Origin: Lytechinus pictus
Lineage: Eukaryota
DNA: 64,000 bases
Direction: 5' to 3'
NCBI RefSeq assembly: GCF_037042905.1
Contig: NC_087263.1
Span: forward strand, 8,680,001-8,744,000
Made by a program: the position numbers and the translations under genes. Of this stretch, positions 37,803 through 52,960 are shown one piece after another. The first letter of the stretch is position 1, and every line of letters starts with the position of its first letter. Under the pieces are notes generated by a model. That model was given only the letters and a program-made list of their open reading frames with translations. It was not told where the DNA came from and did not search any database.

Positions 37803-40184
37803 CGTCAGATCGGTCCGATCTCTCGGGTTTGATATGATTCAGTGGACTGTTTTCGCATTATCAAAGGTTTGTGAGTATCTACTAACTAGCATCAGTTTTT
37901 TTATCAATCTTGTCATTCTAATAAGAAAAACGATACATTTTGGCACGATGGCAACCCATGTGGATCGGATACCGCTCAGGCCATGCTGGTTAGCGTCTTG
38001 GAATAGCCTTACCAGATAGGCCTCGCTGATTTCGTGAAAGGGCCACCACGGTGGTACCCTGGAAGCGGAGCTCTGCCTGGTTAGATCCACGACATTACGT
38101 TAAGAGAAAACAATGACAAATTTGATGCTAGGGGATGTCAGCCGAGACTTCACATTTTCAGGTTATTCTATTGTTTTGGTCTTATTCTCAGCAATACCTC
38201 TTCAAAAAGAAAAACAAAACTAAGAAACAGAATCTATGATTTGATGCGGGCTAGCAAATATTAGCTTTATTAATGTGCAAGCAACACGGCTGTTAGTCCG
38301 TTTTAACTGTAGCCAGAATGTCCCTGTACATAGACAACATACAGTATGTAAACCGCAAATTCAGTAGTGTACGGGTTAATATGGCATTTCTGTGTTAGCG
38401 ATTGACCATTGCCCCCTTTAATACAGCTTATAGGTTCTTGTACTTTCTTCTCATTTCGTTATGCGTGGGTGTGTATGTGTGCTCTGCTAGTGTTCACAGG
38501 GGACGAATGATGTGAATGATAGATGTCTGGTCACCACAGTTAACTCACCCAATTGTTGAAGATATCAGCGCCAGTAAAAACAATCCTAGATCACCCTAAA
38601 AAGGGCAATGCATTCGTTCCTTTGACATTTGTGAGATCCACCTTGCCAGGTCAGATGCCCTTAACCAATGGGTAGAATGTATTCCTTCGAGGAGATGGAA
38701 GGATTGAAAAGCTTGAGCACATGCAAATCCTGGATTATACCCACTGACCACGATTGTAGAGGTCGACATGGCGTCCTTAAAGTTTTTAGCGCCTCATTGT
38801 CGTGCATTCTCTTATCCTGAAACAATCTAAAAGATGATGTTTGCACAAGACAAAGATTAGTGGGCGTTACTTTATATTGAATTTTATGTTGGAACACTTT
38901 TATGTTAAAAAAAATCACGAATACAACCCCTTCGGTTTTTTCTGATTGTAGGATTCAGTTATGTCCGCCTTTGCTCGCATTTGCCGTAATAATCATCTTC
39001 AGTTTGTCTAGTTTACAGAATACCCAGCAGAAAGTGTTTTTTTTTTCTTCAAAATGCCAATTCATGACACTGATCGAGCCATCGACAAACGATCAATCAG
39101 GGCTGCTTAATTTACAAAATTAGTAACAATCTCTGAGACATTGACATCTTCATATCATGTAAATGTATACTTTGTCATTCATTTATCTAGCTTACTCATG
39201 ATAATTTTTAAAAGAAAAACATGTCCTTGCAAAATGGAATTGGAAGTATGTGTTTACAACCCGCTGTCAGTTCTGCCCTTAGGGAAATCAAATCCAGGGA
39301 TAATTTTTTTTTTCTCCATCTTCCAATAATCTCTCACAATACTTGAAATAAAAGCTCGAGAAGATTTTCCAATGGTTTGTGGTATGTGTTTTGTTTTCCA
39401 GAAATTGTCATCGATCTTTTATATCTAAATCTCCTTGTCGTTTTGCTTCGTCTCGAGTTACCTTCGTTTCTTCAAACATCGAAGGGATCTCTTTTTATAT
39501 AATATTTCAGTTTCATCAATTATAAACATATTTTTTTGTGGAGCTGTCAATCAACATACATTTACCTATATTTGGGAATCATTACCACAACAGATGGTGA
39601 AGCGTGTAAAAAAAAATGTCAATAAGCAAATGAAGTTCTACATTCATAAATGTATAAATATGTTCAATTTGCGATTACGTTTTCTTCGAAAATTCCCAAA
39701 GTGAAGCTTCTTACGGTCGTTCTAATACACCTTACTTTGTAAATGTTATACAAGAAACCACAAATAATTGGTTACATGAAGGGCTCCGTTATATCTTAAT
39801 GAACATTCTCTTATTCTTTACTATTGGGGGGGAATAGATTTGTCTGTTTGAAACATTGATTATTCTGATTACTATGAATTATTTTAAAACATACATACAG
39901 AGACCTATATTCAATTTTTTTTTTCGCTTATAAAGAAATCGTATTTTCAGATTAAACAGAGGTTGGCTGCTATTGTCATGTTATTAAGTTCAGATGAAAT
40001 GGTACGGGACAGGAAATTGTAGACGTACAGGAAACGGCGGATCTGGCGTGGGAAGTGTCTATAGTGATTTAATTCTAGGGGCTTCAATTAACCTACTCTG
40101 ATGTTATGAATCTTCATCAAAGGCGAGTCGCTGGCCTGGGAAGAGTTTAGATGTGAAACCCGCTGGGTGTATATCTTCCGTTCT

Positions 40185-40198
40185 GTTGCCATGGTAAT
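40185..40198. promoter_or_regulatory. RFX X-box-like site
   Basis: GTTGCCATGGTAAT, close to the palindromic GTTGCCATGGCAAC consensus, in a locally CpG-rich stretch. Confidence 0.35.
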
Positions 40199-41885
40199 CG
40201 GAGAATCCTAGTCCGTTTAAAACCCCCTCTGGTAAAGCGAGTTCATTTTGCAATTGCCGAAAATGAAAACACTTAATACGAGTTATGCATTAACGTCGTT
40301 TACCGTTGCCACGACAATTCCATCGCATAATCGCCTCCTTGTGCAAAATTTGAGCCTTTTTCTTATTTCGGTTTTCTCATCGTTAGTGTGTTCATTGAGA
40401 AATCGCAGATAAAAGTGAGACTTAAAAAAAGCAGATGAAAAGCAACTATTTTTCTTGCAAAAAAAAATCTGTAAATAATACATTGATTCTGCAACAGTTA
40501 GGAATCCAGTGACAGAATTGACAACAACTACTATATGTAATCGTTCCTACATATTTTTTTATAAAATGTTATTGTTTAAGTTGTTTCACTTGAAACATTC
40601 TTCCCCCATTAATGTTTGTGTGATCAAGGGATACAATTTTCTGACCAGATGGTTATCATCTCATTTCTAAAGACACATACGGAAATATGATCGCTGATGC
40701 AGGAATGGACATTTGGATGCGCATAACAGTTATCCACCTCCGAGTGTCTGCACGTATTGACAAATTACTTCAATTATTGTAATCTCTTTTAGATTATTTC
40801 AGATAAAATCTTGAGAGACAGTTCGTTTAAAGATACGGAATCCGGAAAAAAAAAACGCGTTATAACCGATCCAGCTGGCATTCAATTATCAGAGCAACGC
40901 TGAAAGCAAAACCCTTGTTTTCAAATTACCGGAATTTCCACTTCTGTCATTGGTTGGTATTATTCGCAAGGCTGAATTGAATTACGGCGCTCAATCTTCT
41001 CGACATTACCCATTCCTTATGTGCTCTATTTCACATTGTTCAAAGAAAATCCCTTTTCCCTCTGGCCTCTTTTACCGTGTCTACAAGTGGTATGGAAAAG
41101 CAAAAAGGTTTTCTTTTGAAAAAGGTACTTGGCTCTGTAGATCTCTGTGGATCTTTTTTAAACAAACAAAGCCCATGGTAGCATAACAATTCCTTATCTA
41201 TTACAAAAACCTAATTCTTGTTATACCTTGAGAATGGCAAATATAAAACCTTATACGACGCAAACGCAGCAAGTGGAAGCGATTTAGGGTTTCAGAATGC
41301 TAAAAAACAGAAAGAAAGAAAGAGAGAGAGGAAAGAGCTGGGGAGGGGGAGACGGAAACGGAGATAGAGAGGAGGGAGGGATGGATGTTTGGATATATCA
41401 ATTTTGAATGGGATTCAGCTAAAACTTGGTGATATGATAATGATACACAGTTAACTTTCCAGACGAGGGTAATTGCAAAAGCTTGTCCATTTCACATGAA
41501 AAGAGTGTACACTGTTAAAAATTTATCCTTAAAATAAAAGAAGTTTCTGAAGCAGAGTCTCGAGAACACCTGTAATCTTACCAGATTGCGTAAAACAATA
41601 AATTATTTCAATTTGGACAAAAAGACCAAAAATGGACTGCTCAAAATCACACAAAAGGTGCATTTTTGCTGTAATATTGTTCCTTTTGTAAGGACATCTG
41701 GTCAAAATTTTGTAGAAAAAGGTAGATAAATTAGTGCTATTAGCTCATTGAAATCACCAATTCAACCATTCTCTCTCCATCACATGTTTTAATTCACATA
41801 TTACAATTCAAAACAGCAATACAATATTTGTTTGATTTAATTTGTCATTCGATAGAATAACTATAAATGTGTGTATGTACAACAA

Positions 41886-44800
41886 AGTATGAGGTAATAC
41901 AAATCAAAATGGATAAGCTTATACCTGTATGATACTCTGCAATGTATGAAGCAATACAAATCAAAAGGGATAAGCTTATACCTACGTGACATTCTGCAAT
42001 GTATGAGGTAATACAAATCAAAATGGATAAGCTTATACCTGTATGATACTCTGCAATGTATGAGGCAATAGGAATCAAATGGGATAAGCTTATACCTGTA
42101 GGATACTCTGCAATGTATGAAGCAATACAAATCATATGGGATAAGCTTATCCCTGTGTGATACTCTACAATGTATGAGGTAATACAAATCAAAATGGATA
42201 AGCTTATACCTGTATGATACTCTGCAATGTATGAGGTAATACAAATCAAAAGGGATAAGCTTATACCAGTATGATACTCTGCAATGTATGATGCAATAGA
42301 AATCAAACATGATAAGCTTATACCTGTATGATACTCTGCAATGTATGAGGCAATACAAATCAAACGGGATAAGCTTATACCTGTAGGATACTCTGCAATG
42401 TATGAGGTAATACAAATCAAAAGGGATAAGCTTATCCCTGTATGATACTCTGCAATGTATGAGGTAATACAAATCAAAAGGGATAAGCTTATACTTGTAG
42501 GATACTCTGCAATGTATGAAGCAATATAAATCAAACGGGATAAGCTTATACTTGTAGGATACTCTGCAATGCATGAAGTAGTACAAATCAAATGGGATAA
42601 GCTTATACCTGTATGATACTCAGCAATGTATGAGGCAATAAAAATCAAAAGAGATAAGCTTACACCTGTAGGATACTCAGCAATGTATTAGGTAATACAA
42701 ATCAAAAGGGATAAGCTTATACCTGTAGGATACTTTGCAATGTATGAGGCAATACAAATCAAAAGGGATAAGCTTATACCTGTATGATACTCTGCAATGT
42801 ATGAGGCAATACATATCAAAAGGGATAAGCTTATACCAGTATGATACTCTGCAATGTATGATGCAATAGAAATCAAACATGATAAGCTTATACCTGTATG
42901 ATACTCTGCAATGTATGAGGCAATACAAATCAAACGGGATAAGCTTATACCTGTAGGATACTCTGCAATGTATGAGGTAATACAAATCAAAAGGGATAAG
43001 CTTATCCCTGTATGATACTCTGCAATGTATGAGGTAATACAAATCAAAAGGGATAAGCTTATACTTGTAGGATACTCTGCAATGTATGAAGCAATATAAA
43101 TCAAACGGGATAAGCTTATACTTGTAGGATACTCTGCAATGCATGAAGTAGTACAAATCAAATGGGATAAGCTTATACCTGTATGATACTCAGCAATGTA
43201 TGAGGCAATACAAATCAAAAGAGATAAGCTTACACCTGTAGGATACTCAGCAATGTATTAGGTAATACAAATCAAAAGGGATAAGCTTATACCTGTAGGA
43301 TACTTTGCAATGTATGAGGCAATACAAATCAAAAGGGATAAGCTTATACCTGTATGATACTCTGCAATGTATGAGGCAATACATATCAAAAGGGATAAGC
43401 TTATCCCTGTGCGATACTCTGCAATGTATGAGGCAATACAAATCAAACGGGATAAGCTTATCCCTGTTTGATACTCTACAATGTATGAGATAGTACAAAT
43501 CAAATGGGATAAGCTTATCCCTGTATGATACTCAGCAATGTATGAGGCAATAAAAATCAAACGGGATAAGCTTATACCTGTAGGATACTTTGCAATGTAT
43601 GAGGTAATACATATCAAAAGGGATAAGCTTATACCTGTATGATACTCTGCAATGTATGAGGTAATACAAATCAAAAGGGATAAGCTTATACCTGTAGGAT
43701 ATTCTGCAATGTATGAGGTAATACAAATCAAAGGGATAAGCTTATACTTGTAGGATACTCTGCAATGTATGAGGCAATACAAATCATAAGGGATAAGCTT
43801 ATACCTGTATGATACTCTGCAATGTATGAGGTAATACAAATCAAAAGGTATAAGCTTATACCTGTAGGATACTCTGCAATGTATGAGGCAATACAAATCA
43901 AAAGGGATAAGCTTATACCTGTATGATACTCTAAAATGTATGAGGTAATACAAATCAAAAGGGATAAGCTTATCCCTGTAGGATACTCTGCAATGTATGA
44001 GGTAATGCAAATCAAACGGGATAAGCTTATACCTGTAGGATACTCTGCAATGTATGAGGCAATATAAATCAAACGGGATAAGCTTATACTTGCAGGATAC
44101 TCTGCAATGCATGAAGTAGGACAAATCAAATGGGATAAGCTTATACCTGTATGATACTCAGCAATGTATGAGGCAATATAAATCAAACGGGATAAGCTTA
44201 TACCTGTATGATACTCTGCAATGTATGAGGTAATACATATCAAACGGGATAAGCTTATACCTGTATGATACTCTACAATGTATGAGGTAATACAAATCAA
44301 ACGGGATAAGCTTATACCTATATGATACTCAGCAATGTATGAGGTAATACAAATCAAACGGGATAAGCTTACACCTGTATGATACTCTGCAATGTATGAG
44401 GCAATACAAATCAAAAGGGATAAGCTTATACCTGTATGATACTCTGCAATGTATGAGGTAATACAAATCAAAAGGGATAAGCTTATACCTGTAGGATACT
44501 CTGCAATGTATGAGGCAATACAAATCAAAGGGATAAGCTTATACCTGTAGGATACTCTAAAATGTATGAGGTAATACAAATCAAAAGGGATAAGCTTATC
44601 CCTGTAGGATACTCTGCAATGCATGAAGTAGTACAAATCAAATGGGATAAGCTTATACCTGTATGATACTCAGCAATGTATGAGGCAATACAAATCAAAA
44701 GAGGTAAGCTTATACCTGTAGGATACTCAGCAATGTATGAGGTAATACAAATCAAAAGGGATAAGCTTATACCTGTAGGATACTTTGCAATGTATGAGGC

Positions 44801-46985
44801 AATACAAATCAAAAGGGATAAGCTTATACCTGTATGATACTCAGCAATGTATGAGGCAATAAAAATCAAACGGGATAAGCTTATACCTGTAGGATACTTT
44901 GCAATGTATGAGGTAATACATATCAAAAGGGATAAGCTTATACCTGTATGATACTCTGCAATGTATGAGGTAATACAAATCAAAAGGGATAAGCTTATAC
45001 CTGTAGGATATTCTGCAATGTATGAGGTAATACAAATCAAAGGGATAAGCTTATACTTGTAGGATACTCTGCAATGTATGAGGTAATACAAATCAAAAGG
45101 GATAAGCTTATACCTGTAGGATACTCTGCAATGTATGAGGCAATACAAATCAAAAGGGATAAGCTTATACCTGTATGATACTCTAAAATGTATGAGGTAA
45201 TACAAATCAAAAGGGATAAGCTTATCCCTGTAGGATACTCTGCAATGTATGAGGTAATGCAAATCAAACGGGATAAGCTTATACCTGTAGGATACTCTGC
45301 AAAGTATGAGGCAATATAAATCAAACGGGATAAGCTTATACTTGCAGGATACTCTGCAATGCATGAAGTAGTACAAATCAAATGGGATAAGCTTATACCT
45401 GTATGATACTCAGCAATGTATGAGGTAATACAAATCAAACGGGATAAGCTTATACCTGTATGATACTCTGCAATGTATGAGGTAATACATATCAAACGGG
45501 ATAAGCTTATACCTGTATGATACTCTACAATGTATGAGGTAATACAAATCAAACGGGATAAGCTTATACCTGTATGATACTCAGCAATGTATGAGGTAAT
45601 ACAAATCAAACGGGATAAGCTTATACCTGTAGGATACTCTGTAATGTATGAGGCAATATAAATCAAACGGGATTAGCTTATACTTGTAGGATACTCTGCA
45701 ATGCATGAAGTAGTACAAATCAAATGGGATAAGCTTATACCTGTATGATACTCAGCAATGTATGAGGTAATACAAATCAAAGGGATAAGCTTATACCTGT
45801 ATGATACTCTACAATGTATGAGGTAATACAAATCAAACGGGATAAGCTTATACCTGTATGATACTCAGCAATGTATGAGGTAATACAAATCAAACGGGAT
45901 AAGCTTATACCTGTAGGATACTCTGTAATGTATGAGGCAATATAAATCAAACGGGATAAGCTTATACTTGTAGGATACTCTGCAATGCATGAAGTAGTAC
46001 AAATCAAATGGGATAAGCTTATACCTGTATGATACTCAGCAATGTATGAGGTAATACAAATCAAAGGGATAAGCTTATACCTGTAGGATACTCTAAAATG
46101 TATGAGGTAATACAAATCAAAAGGGATAAGCTTATACCTGTAGGATACTCTGCAATGTATGAGGCAATACATATCAAAAGGGATAAGCTTATCACTGTGC
46201 GATACTCTGCAATGTATGAGGCAATACAAATCAAACGGGATAAGCTTATACCTGTATGATACTCTGCAATGTATGAGGCAATACATATCAAAAGGGATAA
46301 GCTTATCCCTGTGCGATACTCTGCAATGTATGAGGCAATACAAATCAAACGGGATAAGCTTATCCCTGTTTGATACTCTACGATGTATGAGGCAGTACAA
46401 ATCAAACAGGATAAGCTTATACCTGTAAAATACTCTGCAATGTATGAGGCAATACAAATCAAACAGGATAAGCTTATACCTGTAGGATACTCTGCAATGT
46501 ATGAGGTAATACATATCAAAAGGGATAAGCTTATCCCTGTAGGATACTCTACAATGTATGAGGTAATACAAATCAAACGGGATAAGCTTATACCTGTATG
46601 ATACTCTGCAATGTATGAGGTAATACAAATCAAAAGGGATAAGCTTATACCTGTAGGATACTTTGCAATGTATGAGGTAATACATATCAAAAGGGATAAG
46701 CTTATCCCTGTGCGATACTCTACTATGTATGAGGTAGTACAAATCAAATGGGATAAGCTTATCCCTGTTTGATACTCTGCAATGTATGAGGTAGTACAAA
46801 TCAAATGGGATAAGCTTATCCCTGTGCGATACTCTGCAATGTATGAGGCAGTACAAATCAAACAGGATAAGCTTATACCTGTAAAATACTCTGCAATGTA
46901 TGAGGCAATACAAATCAAAAAGGATAAGCTTATCCCTGTAGGATACTCTACAATATATTAGGCAATACAAATCAAAAGGGATATG
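41886..46985. repeat. 57-bp minisatellite, roughly 89 units
   Basis: Consensus gggataagcttatacctgtatgatactctgcaatgtatgaggtaatacaaatcaaaa; some 56-bp units; the last unit resumes at ~47704-47748 after the MITE. Confidence 0.97.
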
Positions 46986-46990
46986 TTTAA

Positions 46991-47699
46991 CCCTAAAAAG
47001 ACTGGGGGGATTCAGCCCCCCCCCTCGACATTTTTCGCGATAAATCCGCCGCGCGAAATTTTTTGACCGCCTCGCTCGCTGACTTTTTACCTTCAAGTCT
47101 CGCGCAACTTTTGAGACCAAAATTGTGACCCCCGGGACCGCGGTTCCGAAATTACGCAACATTTCGTAAGTGCATGCAGACCCAAATCCAATGCAAATAG
47201 CGTTTTTAACCAAAATTAATAAATGTATCATTATTTTTCCTTTTACTGCTTAAAATCAATTAATATTATCTTTTTTATGGTCTAAATAAAGTCACCGACA
47301 ATTTCCATTGAAAAAACAAAAAACAAAAAGTCGAAAAACAAAGAAATACATAAGAAATTTTGAAAACAATAGAATACATAAGAAAATAAATGTGATGTTG
47401 AAATTTTTTAAAAATAAATTTGATCAGATGCCTATCTAGAGTATGTGAAACAAAAATTAGCATTTCAGGGGCATTATTTTATTAATTAGAGCAAACTTAT
47501 GATTTTTACGCATAAATTAGCATAATTAATGAGACATGAGATTTTTTGCAGAATTTGATGGTATAGTTTTGTAGATAATGCCATGGGTAACACGTGTGCC
47601 AATTTTTGTCGCGAGCGCGCGATCGACGGCCGAGATCATAGGGGCCCCCCCCCCCCCCCCAGTCTTCTTAGGCATCGAAATAGCCCAGTCTATTTAGGG
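46991..47699. mobile_element. piggyBac-type MITE
   Basis: TTAA|ccctaaaaagactggg ... cccagtctatttaggg|TTAA; related single ends at ~52550-52577 and ~54925. Confidence 0.9.
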
Positions 47700-49472
47700 T
47701 TAAACCTGTATGACATACTCTGGAATGTATGAGGTAATACAAATCAAATCAAATGCACAAGGTTATATCACTATGATAGCTTATATTATATGTCCGATAC
47801 TAAGATTGTTATCTCTGATTGGTCAAAACTGCATCATGTGACGCGATGCTATTCCATCTATCATCATCTCGGGAGTTTGACTTACTGTACATTTCTTCTA
47901 TCAACCCCTCTGATAGTACTTGTAACCCCTGAGAGTGAGGCCACAAGTTGTGTTTCTATGCACGCATCTAGCTGGCTCGAGCTAACTGGCTGCGCTGCTG
48001 CATGGACATGTATGCACAGCCAACAGTGCGCTGGCTGACCAACTGGATTTATCGGTTGTCCTGCGGGGATGAAACGCATCTCGGGCATGATAATTTACAC
48101 AGTCATCCTCATGGGCAGTCAATATTTGTATATTGTGATGCACAGCATGAGGTAATTAATTTAAATCAAATTGATAAGCTTTCACTTGAATGAAACTTAT
48201 ACCACTAGATAATAAGTTAAAACAATTACATATAGGTTTCCAGTCAAAGCCTATATAATCAGCACCAGTATTTCTGGTACTTTCTTTAAAGAAAGTGATT
48301 CACCAAAAAAAGTAAAAACATTTTTATTTAACTCATTAGCTGGATACATGAATGGGGGAGGGGGTTAATCCTGGGACTCAGGATCGCTGTAATTTCTAGA
48401 AACCTGAAAAACATGTAAATTACAATCCTGAGTTGGGTTAATTTTTTTGTTATAGCACTGGCAAACCAGTCTTGTAGGACAGATAGATTATGTACGAGTA
48501 AAATAAGCTATGTGTACTATATGGTCTCATCTAAATGATCTGTGACTTTAATATCCATATAAACTTTTCATGATTTTAGAATCGTCACATAAATGAAGCA
48601 CATTAGTCTGGATAAACCAACTTATTGGGGGATGTGAAGCCCAACTCATAGTGTACTATGCCTATGTCGACAAAAGTATGTCTTGATTATAGCATATGTC
48701 AAGGACTAGCAAGCAATATCCAAAATTGGTAAAAAAACCATCCAACTGAATTGACGGTCTGTCCTCAAGATTATTAGAGTGAAAAATGAATCATTCAAAG
48801 CACCCACCCATCATGGACTGTCTGAGATTCAATGATCACATGAGGCAATGTTCATGTCAGATCCTGGAATCTCTGACATATGACAAATCTAAACTTTCAT
48901 TACCCCCCCCTCATAAAAATTAGTTGGAAGCTGAGATTTACAGACTACTTTTACCATTAATACTCATTCCAGATACAGTGTGGTTGTGCCATTCTAAAGT
49001 CTGACAATTCTATTTGATTATATACATGTAGATACAGGACTACTCTTAACCCAGTTTCGAATGGAACCCCAGTATTTCTAGCAGGTGGATGTTATTTCAT
49101 AAAGCTTGACTTCTCAAAGTCATATCAGTAGATGACAATACTCAGATTCGGACTAGCAAGTATACCTGCTATTTTTCAGTTGTCAGGGAATAATTTCTAG
49201 GTGATGAAGTATGTATTCTAGACAAGTTCATTAATGGGAGATGAGGTCAGAACATCTTGCGTGGTTGAGGGCTGTACTTCAGCATCTTGAAATATTGGAT
49301 TGTGACTAAAGTTGCCAAAATGAAGCTTATTCCTTCTGTTTTTGACGAGCTTACAGAGAAAGGAAGTTCAATTCAGTTCACATTTAAATGCTGATTCAAC
49401 TGCCATTGGGAAAGGTCTTCTTTCTGCTAGGCAGGGAAGTTGTAACTGATATCCATTGTGTGTATGCTGGAC

Positions 49473-49820
49473 TCATTCAAAATAATCTTCATGTTTCTCT
49501 CTTAGAGCATTTGCGATCATCTGAGGAAGTTTCTCTCCAGGAGTTAGCTTGAATGGTGGTAGAATGACAGAATTTGATGGAATGGTATCTATCCAGAGCT
49601 TTTTTCTGCCCCGCTGTCCTGGAATAGCAAGTTTGACTTCCTTCCACTTGGATGTCATTGTGCCTGTGTACCATTCAACATCTATAGTTTCACATTGTAC
49701 TTTGCATACTCTTCCAACTTGAGGCCAATGGGTAGAGTATTCTTGAAGATATGTTGCTACCATGTCTCCCTCTTGTACATCTACCCTTCGATCCATCTTG
49801 CCTTTGGGTCCAATGTGAAC
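49473..49820 (-). pseudogene. Last coding exon of the transposase-like gene; Tudor/PWWP-like beta-barrel C-terminus
   Basis: AG acceptor at 49822-49821, phase 0, open reading VHIGPKGKMDRRVDVQEGDMVATY...WPQVGRV...VEWYTG...W...DYFE*. Confidence 0.7.
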
Positions 49821-51593
49821 CTATTTGTTTGATAAAATACAAATAAAACTCTTAATGTTGAAATGGTATTTGAGCTTTAGATATATAAATATAAACCAAA
49901 CTACTAAAAATAGTTTCTTAGTTTGAGAGTAAAAAATGGGATAGATCTGACAATCCTTCAACAAAACTTCTTTGTGGATTATTGCAGAAAATAATTCATT
50001 AATAATTAAACCTAACTGCACTAAGGAAAGTGGGGAGGGCCTGTTACATAACAGTCAAAAATTTAACAGGGACACATGTCACACCAACGCATAATGTCAC
50101 AGGGAAATGACATTATGCAATGATCACCCAATGCATAATGTCAAAGGGGACATATACTATGGTACATGTAGCTTGAACTTATGCATAACGTTGCAAGGTT
50201 GAACGCATAATGCAAAAGCGGCATTTGTTTCAGCACTTGAGTTAAAAACAAAGATAAGACATCAAAAATATGTTTTCCCTCGTCATCTAAATGTTATAAG
50301 CATGTTTGGTGTGGCAGTATTACATTATCTATCAGGAAGATGGGTTGGCCTTAAAATTTTTTAATGTGTGGAGTAGTGAAATGCAAGTATCCACATACCG
50401 ACATCTGAGCATATTGCTCAACATGTAATTAACTTATTTTGCAAGTGGTGAATGTCATCTACTAGTAGTTGAGAAACAGCACCTTCCCATGGTCTTTTAA
50501 AGACAATTTTAAATACAAATTTAATTGCATTTCATTGTTTTTTATGACATTTCAATAAAAAAAAATTATTTTTTGTATTGTTACTAGGAATGTACTACCA
50601 ATGCATCAAAAATTCAGCACGAGATTCACTCTTGCAATCTATTATATATGCCGCCAAAATGAATATTACCTTTTTTTGGTCTTAATACATAAAATATGCA
50701 AAAACTAGAGCTCACACTTTGCGCTCATTTTATTTAGGCCATGTGAGATACCTAATTTTGTTTGTAAGAAGAAATTTAATCAAATTGACTTAAAACTTCA
50801 GTCTTTAGTTGGAAATGCTCCCTCTATAGGCTAAACCACCAACAAAAATTAGTTTTATCAGCTGATCGGGAAAACATGAAGAAAAAATTTCTGTAATTTT
50901 TGCGAAGCATGCAAAAATAAATCGCTTTTAAATGTTTAATCTTCTGGTACATTCCAATTAACAATACAAAATAACATTTCTTTATTAAGATGTCATGAAT
51001 ATTGTATGAACATTTTTAAAAAGTGATAGTGGATTTGATTCTGCCTGCCACTCCCCTGCATTCTCACATACCCCACCAAACATTTTTTTTAAACGTTCAG
51101 ATGACAGAGCTTGAAAAAAATTACTCGGTAAAAACATATGTTATCTGTATTGAGTCCTGAAGAAAATAACGCTGTGACTTTTCCGTTAGCAGTTCTATGA
51201 TGATATGCGTTGACTGTGTTTTATGCTTTGGATGATCATCGCATGTTAATTCCTGCAACATTATGCACTGTTGTGTCATGTGTTGCTGCGACATTATCGG
51301 TTGTACTAGGGCCTCAGAGGACCCTCACAATAAATCTAGTTTGAGCCGATTTTTTGTGGGTGACATTTTCCTTCAAGTCTCATTGCTGAAAAAAGATGAA
51401 AGTATAAATCAAATGCATATTGTCTTTATAGCCAATATCATTAATGTATCATTTTCACTTTTAATTGTTGACATCAATTAATTTCATGTTCCTATGGTTG
51501 TTATAGCATTACCAATTATTTCCTTTGAAAAAAAAAACAAAAAGTGGAAACACAAAGAAAATTTTTAAACAAAACACAGCATACATGACTTAC

Positions 51594-51712
51594 CTGTCTG
51601 AAGGGTTCATCTTGTCTTGTATTTGGAGAAACTTCTTCTCTGATGTATCCTGTATGCGATTTCTACGCCAACAACAGATCACAGATTGGCCATCTAAATG
51701 TCACATCATTTT
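51594..51712 (-). pseudogene. Internal exon of the transposase-like gene (in-frame TAG)
   Basis: ctacag| ... CAG|gtaagt; 119 nt, phase 1 in and phase 0 out, matching both neighbouring exons. Reads ENDVTFRWPICDLLLA*KSHTG...FRQ. Confidence 0.6.
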
Positions 51713-52718
51713 CTGTAGCAAAAATGATAATTTGTAAAGTTGCGCAAATGATAATATTAATTCCTTTAACAAAAAAAGATAACATTCAAATTCATTTGAA
51801 ACCTAAATGGATTTTCCAGTTAGTTTTCATTGTAAATTCTGATAATAAGTACAACCAATAATTTGAAAATTTGTCAAATAAAACTCATGTGACCTGCCAA
51901 CGACCTTTAGCCATGACTCCTAAATTTTATCAGATCAAGGTCACTCCCAAAACACAAACTGTACACAAACCATAACTCAACGGGGGAGGGGCTTTTAAGT
52001 GCAATTTTCACAAAATGTAAAAAAAAAAAAAAATGATAAATTGTTGTTTCTGGAATTTTTTTTTCAGTTACTATTGTAGGAATACTATAAAGAATATTCA
52101 ACAAAATTAGCTTTTTAGAGCCGTAATTAAATCAAATTGAGCAAAATGTATGAGTTTGCCTTCAAAATTTTGCAGTGACTTGGCCCCAGAAAAGGAGAGG
52201 CGCTGTGGGTGCTGAAGCACCCACTAGATTTTTCCCTGGAGCAGCTTGTATTATTCTCCATAGGAAGCACCCCCTAGAATTCTGGTAGGTGTTAAAAAAT
52301 GGAGAAATGGAACCGCAATGAAACCCTTTCATTTTTTCTTTTGCTTGTGAAATTTTTCGGGAACTAAGTATAAACCTTAATTTTGGAGTGAAACCCTTTT
52401 TTTTTTGCTTGTCAAATTTACATCAGCACCCCCAGTAAAAAAAAAACATTCCCAGGGCTATACACCTAGCTTGCAGGTTCTAAGGCCAAGATCTTCAGGG
52501 GGTGGCTGTAATACCCCCCCCCCCTCCCCCCAACAGGAATGTAAGCTCACAAAATAGCCCAGGTAACTTAGGGTTAGGTGAAATTTGAAGATGACCCTCA
52601 AGCAGTTACATATTTTTGGTTAAAAGAGAACAAGATATTTGTGGACTGTGGTTGTTCTACAAATTCTAACAATTTATCTTTATCAGAAACATTTAACTCT
52701 CATATATCGAGTACCAAA

Positions 52719-52960
52719 GTGATAACGTCACAAAAGACTTTTTTCGCATTTCAGAATTTTTTATACCATATTTCAAAAGCGCATGATGAAATACCTCCAG
52801 AAATAATTTGACTTCAATGGGGCTAATTAATGTATTCACGAGGTCATATCTTAAGCCCCAATGGACTGATACGGTCCACAAAATTTTGGTTGTAGAGGTC
52901 TTTCATCATGCTCAACTGAAATATGGTATCAAAAATGGTAAAACACAAAATATGAAAAAT
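52719..52960. mobile_element. Decayed copy of the 22145-22490 MITE family
   Basis: gagtaccaaagtg..., gacttcaatggggctaatt...gtattcacgaggtcatatc. Confidence 0.55.

Noticed and set aside
41886-46985. CRISPR array, or a repeat protein encoded by the long minus-strand ORFs (up to 484 aa)
   Set aside because: Units are contiguous with no unique spacers and no cas genes. The ORFs arise because 57 is divisible by 3; they shift frame at 56-bp units, and the longest begins inside a MITE.
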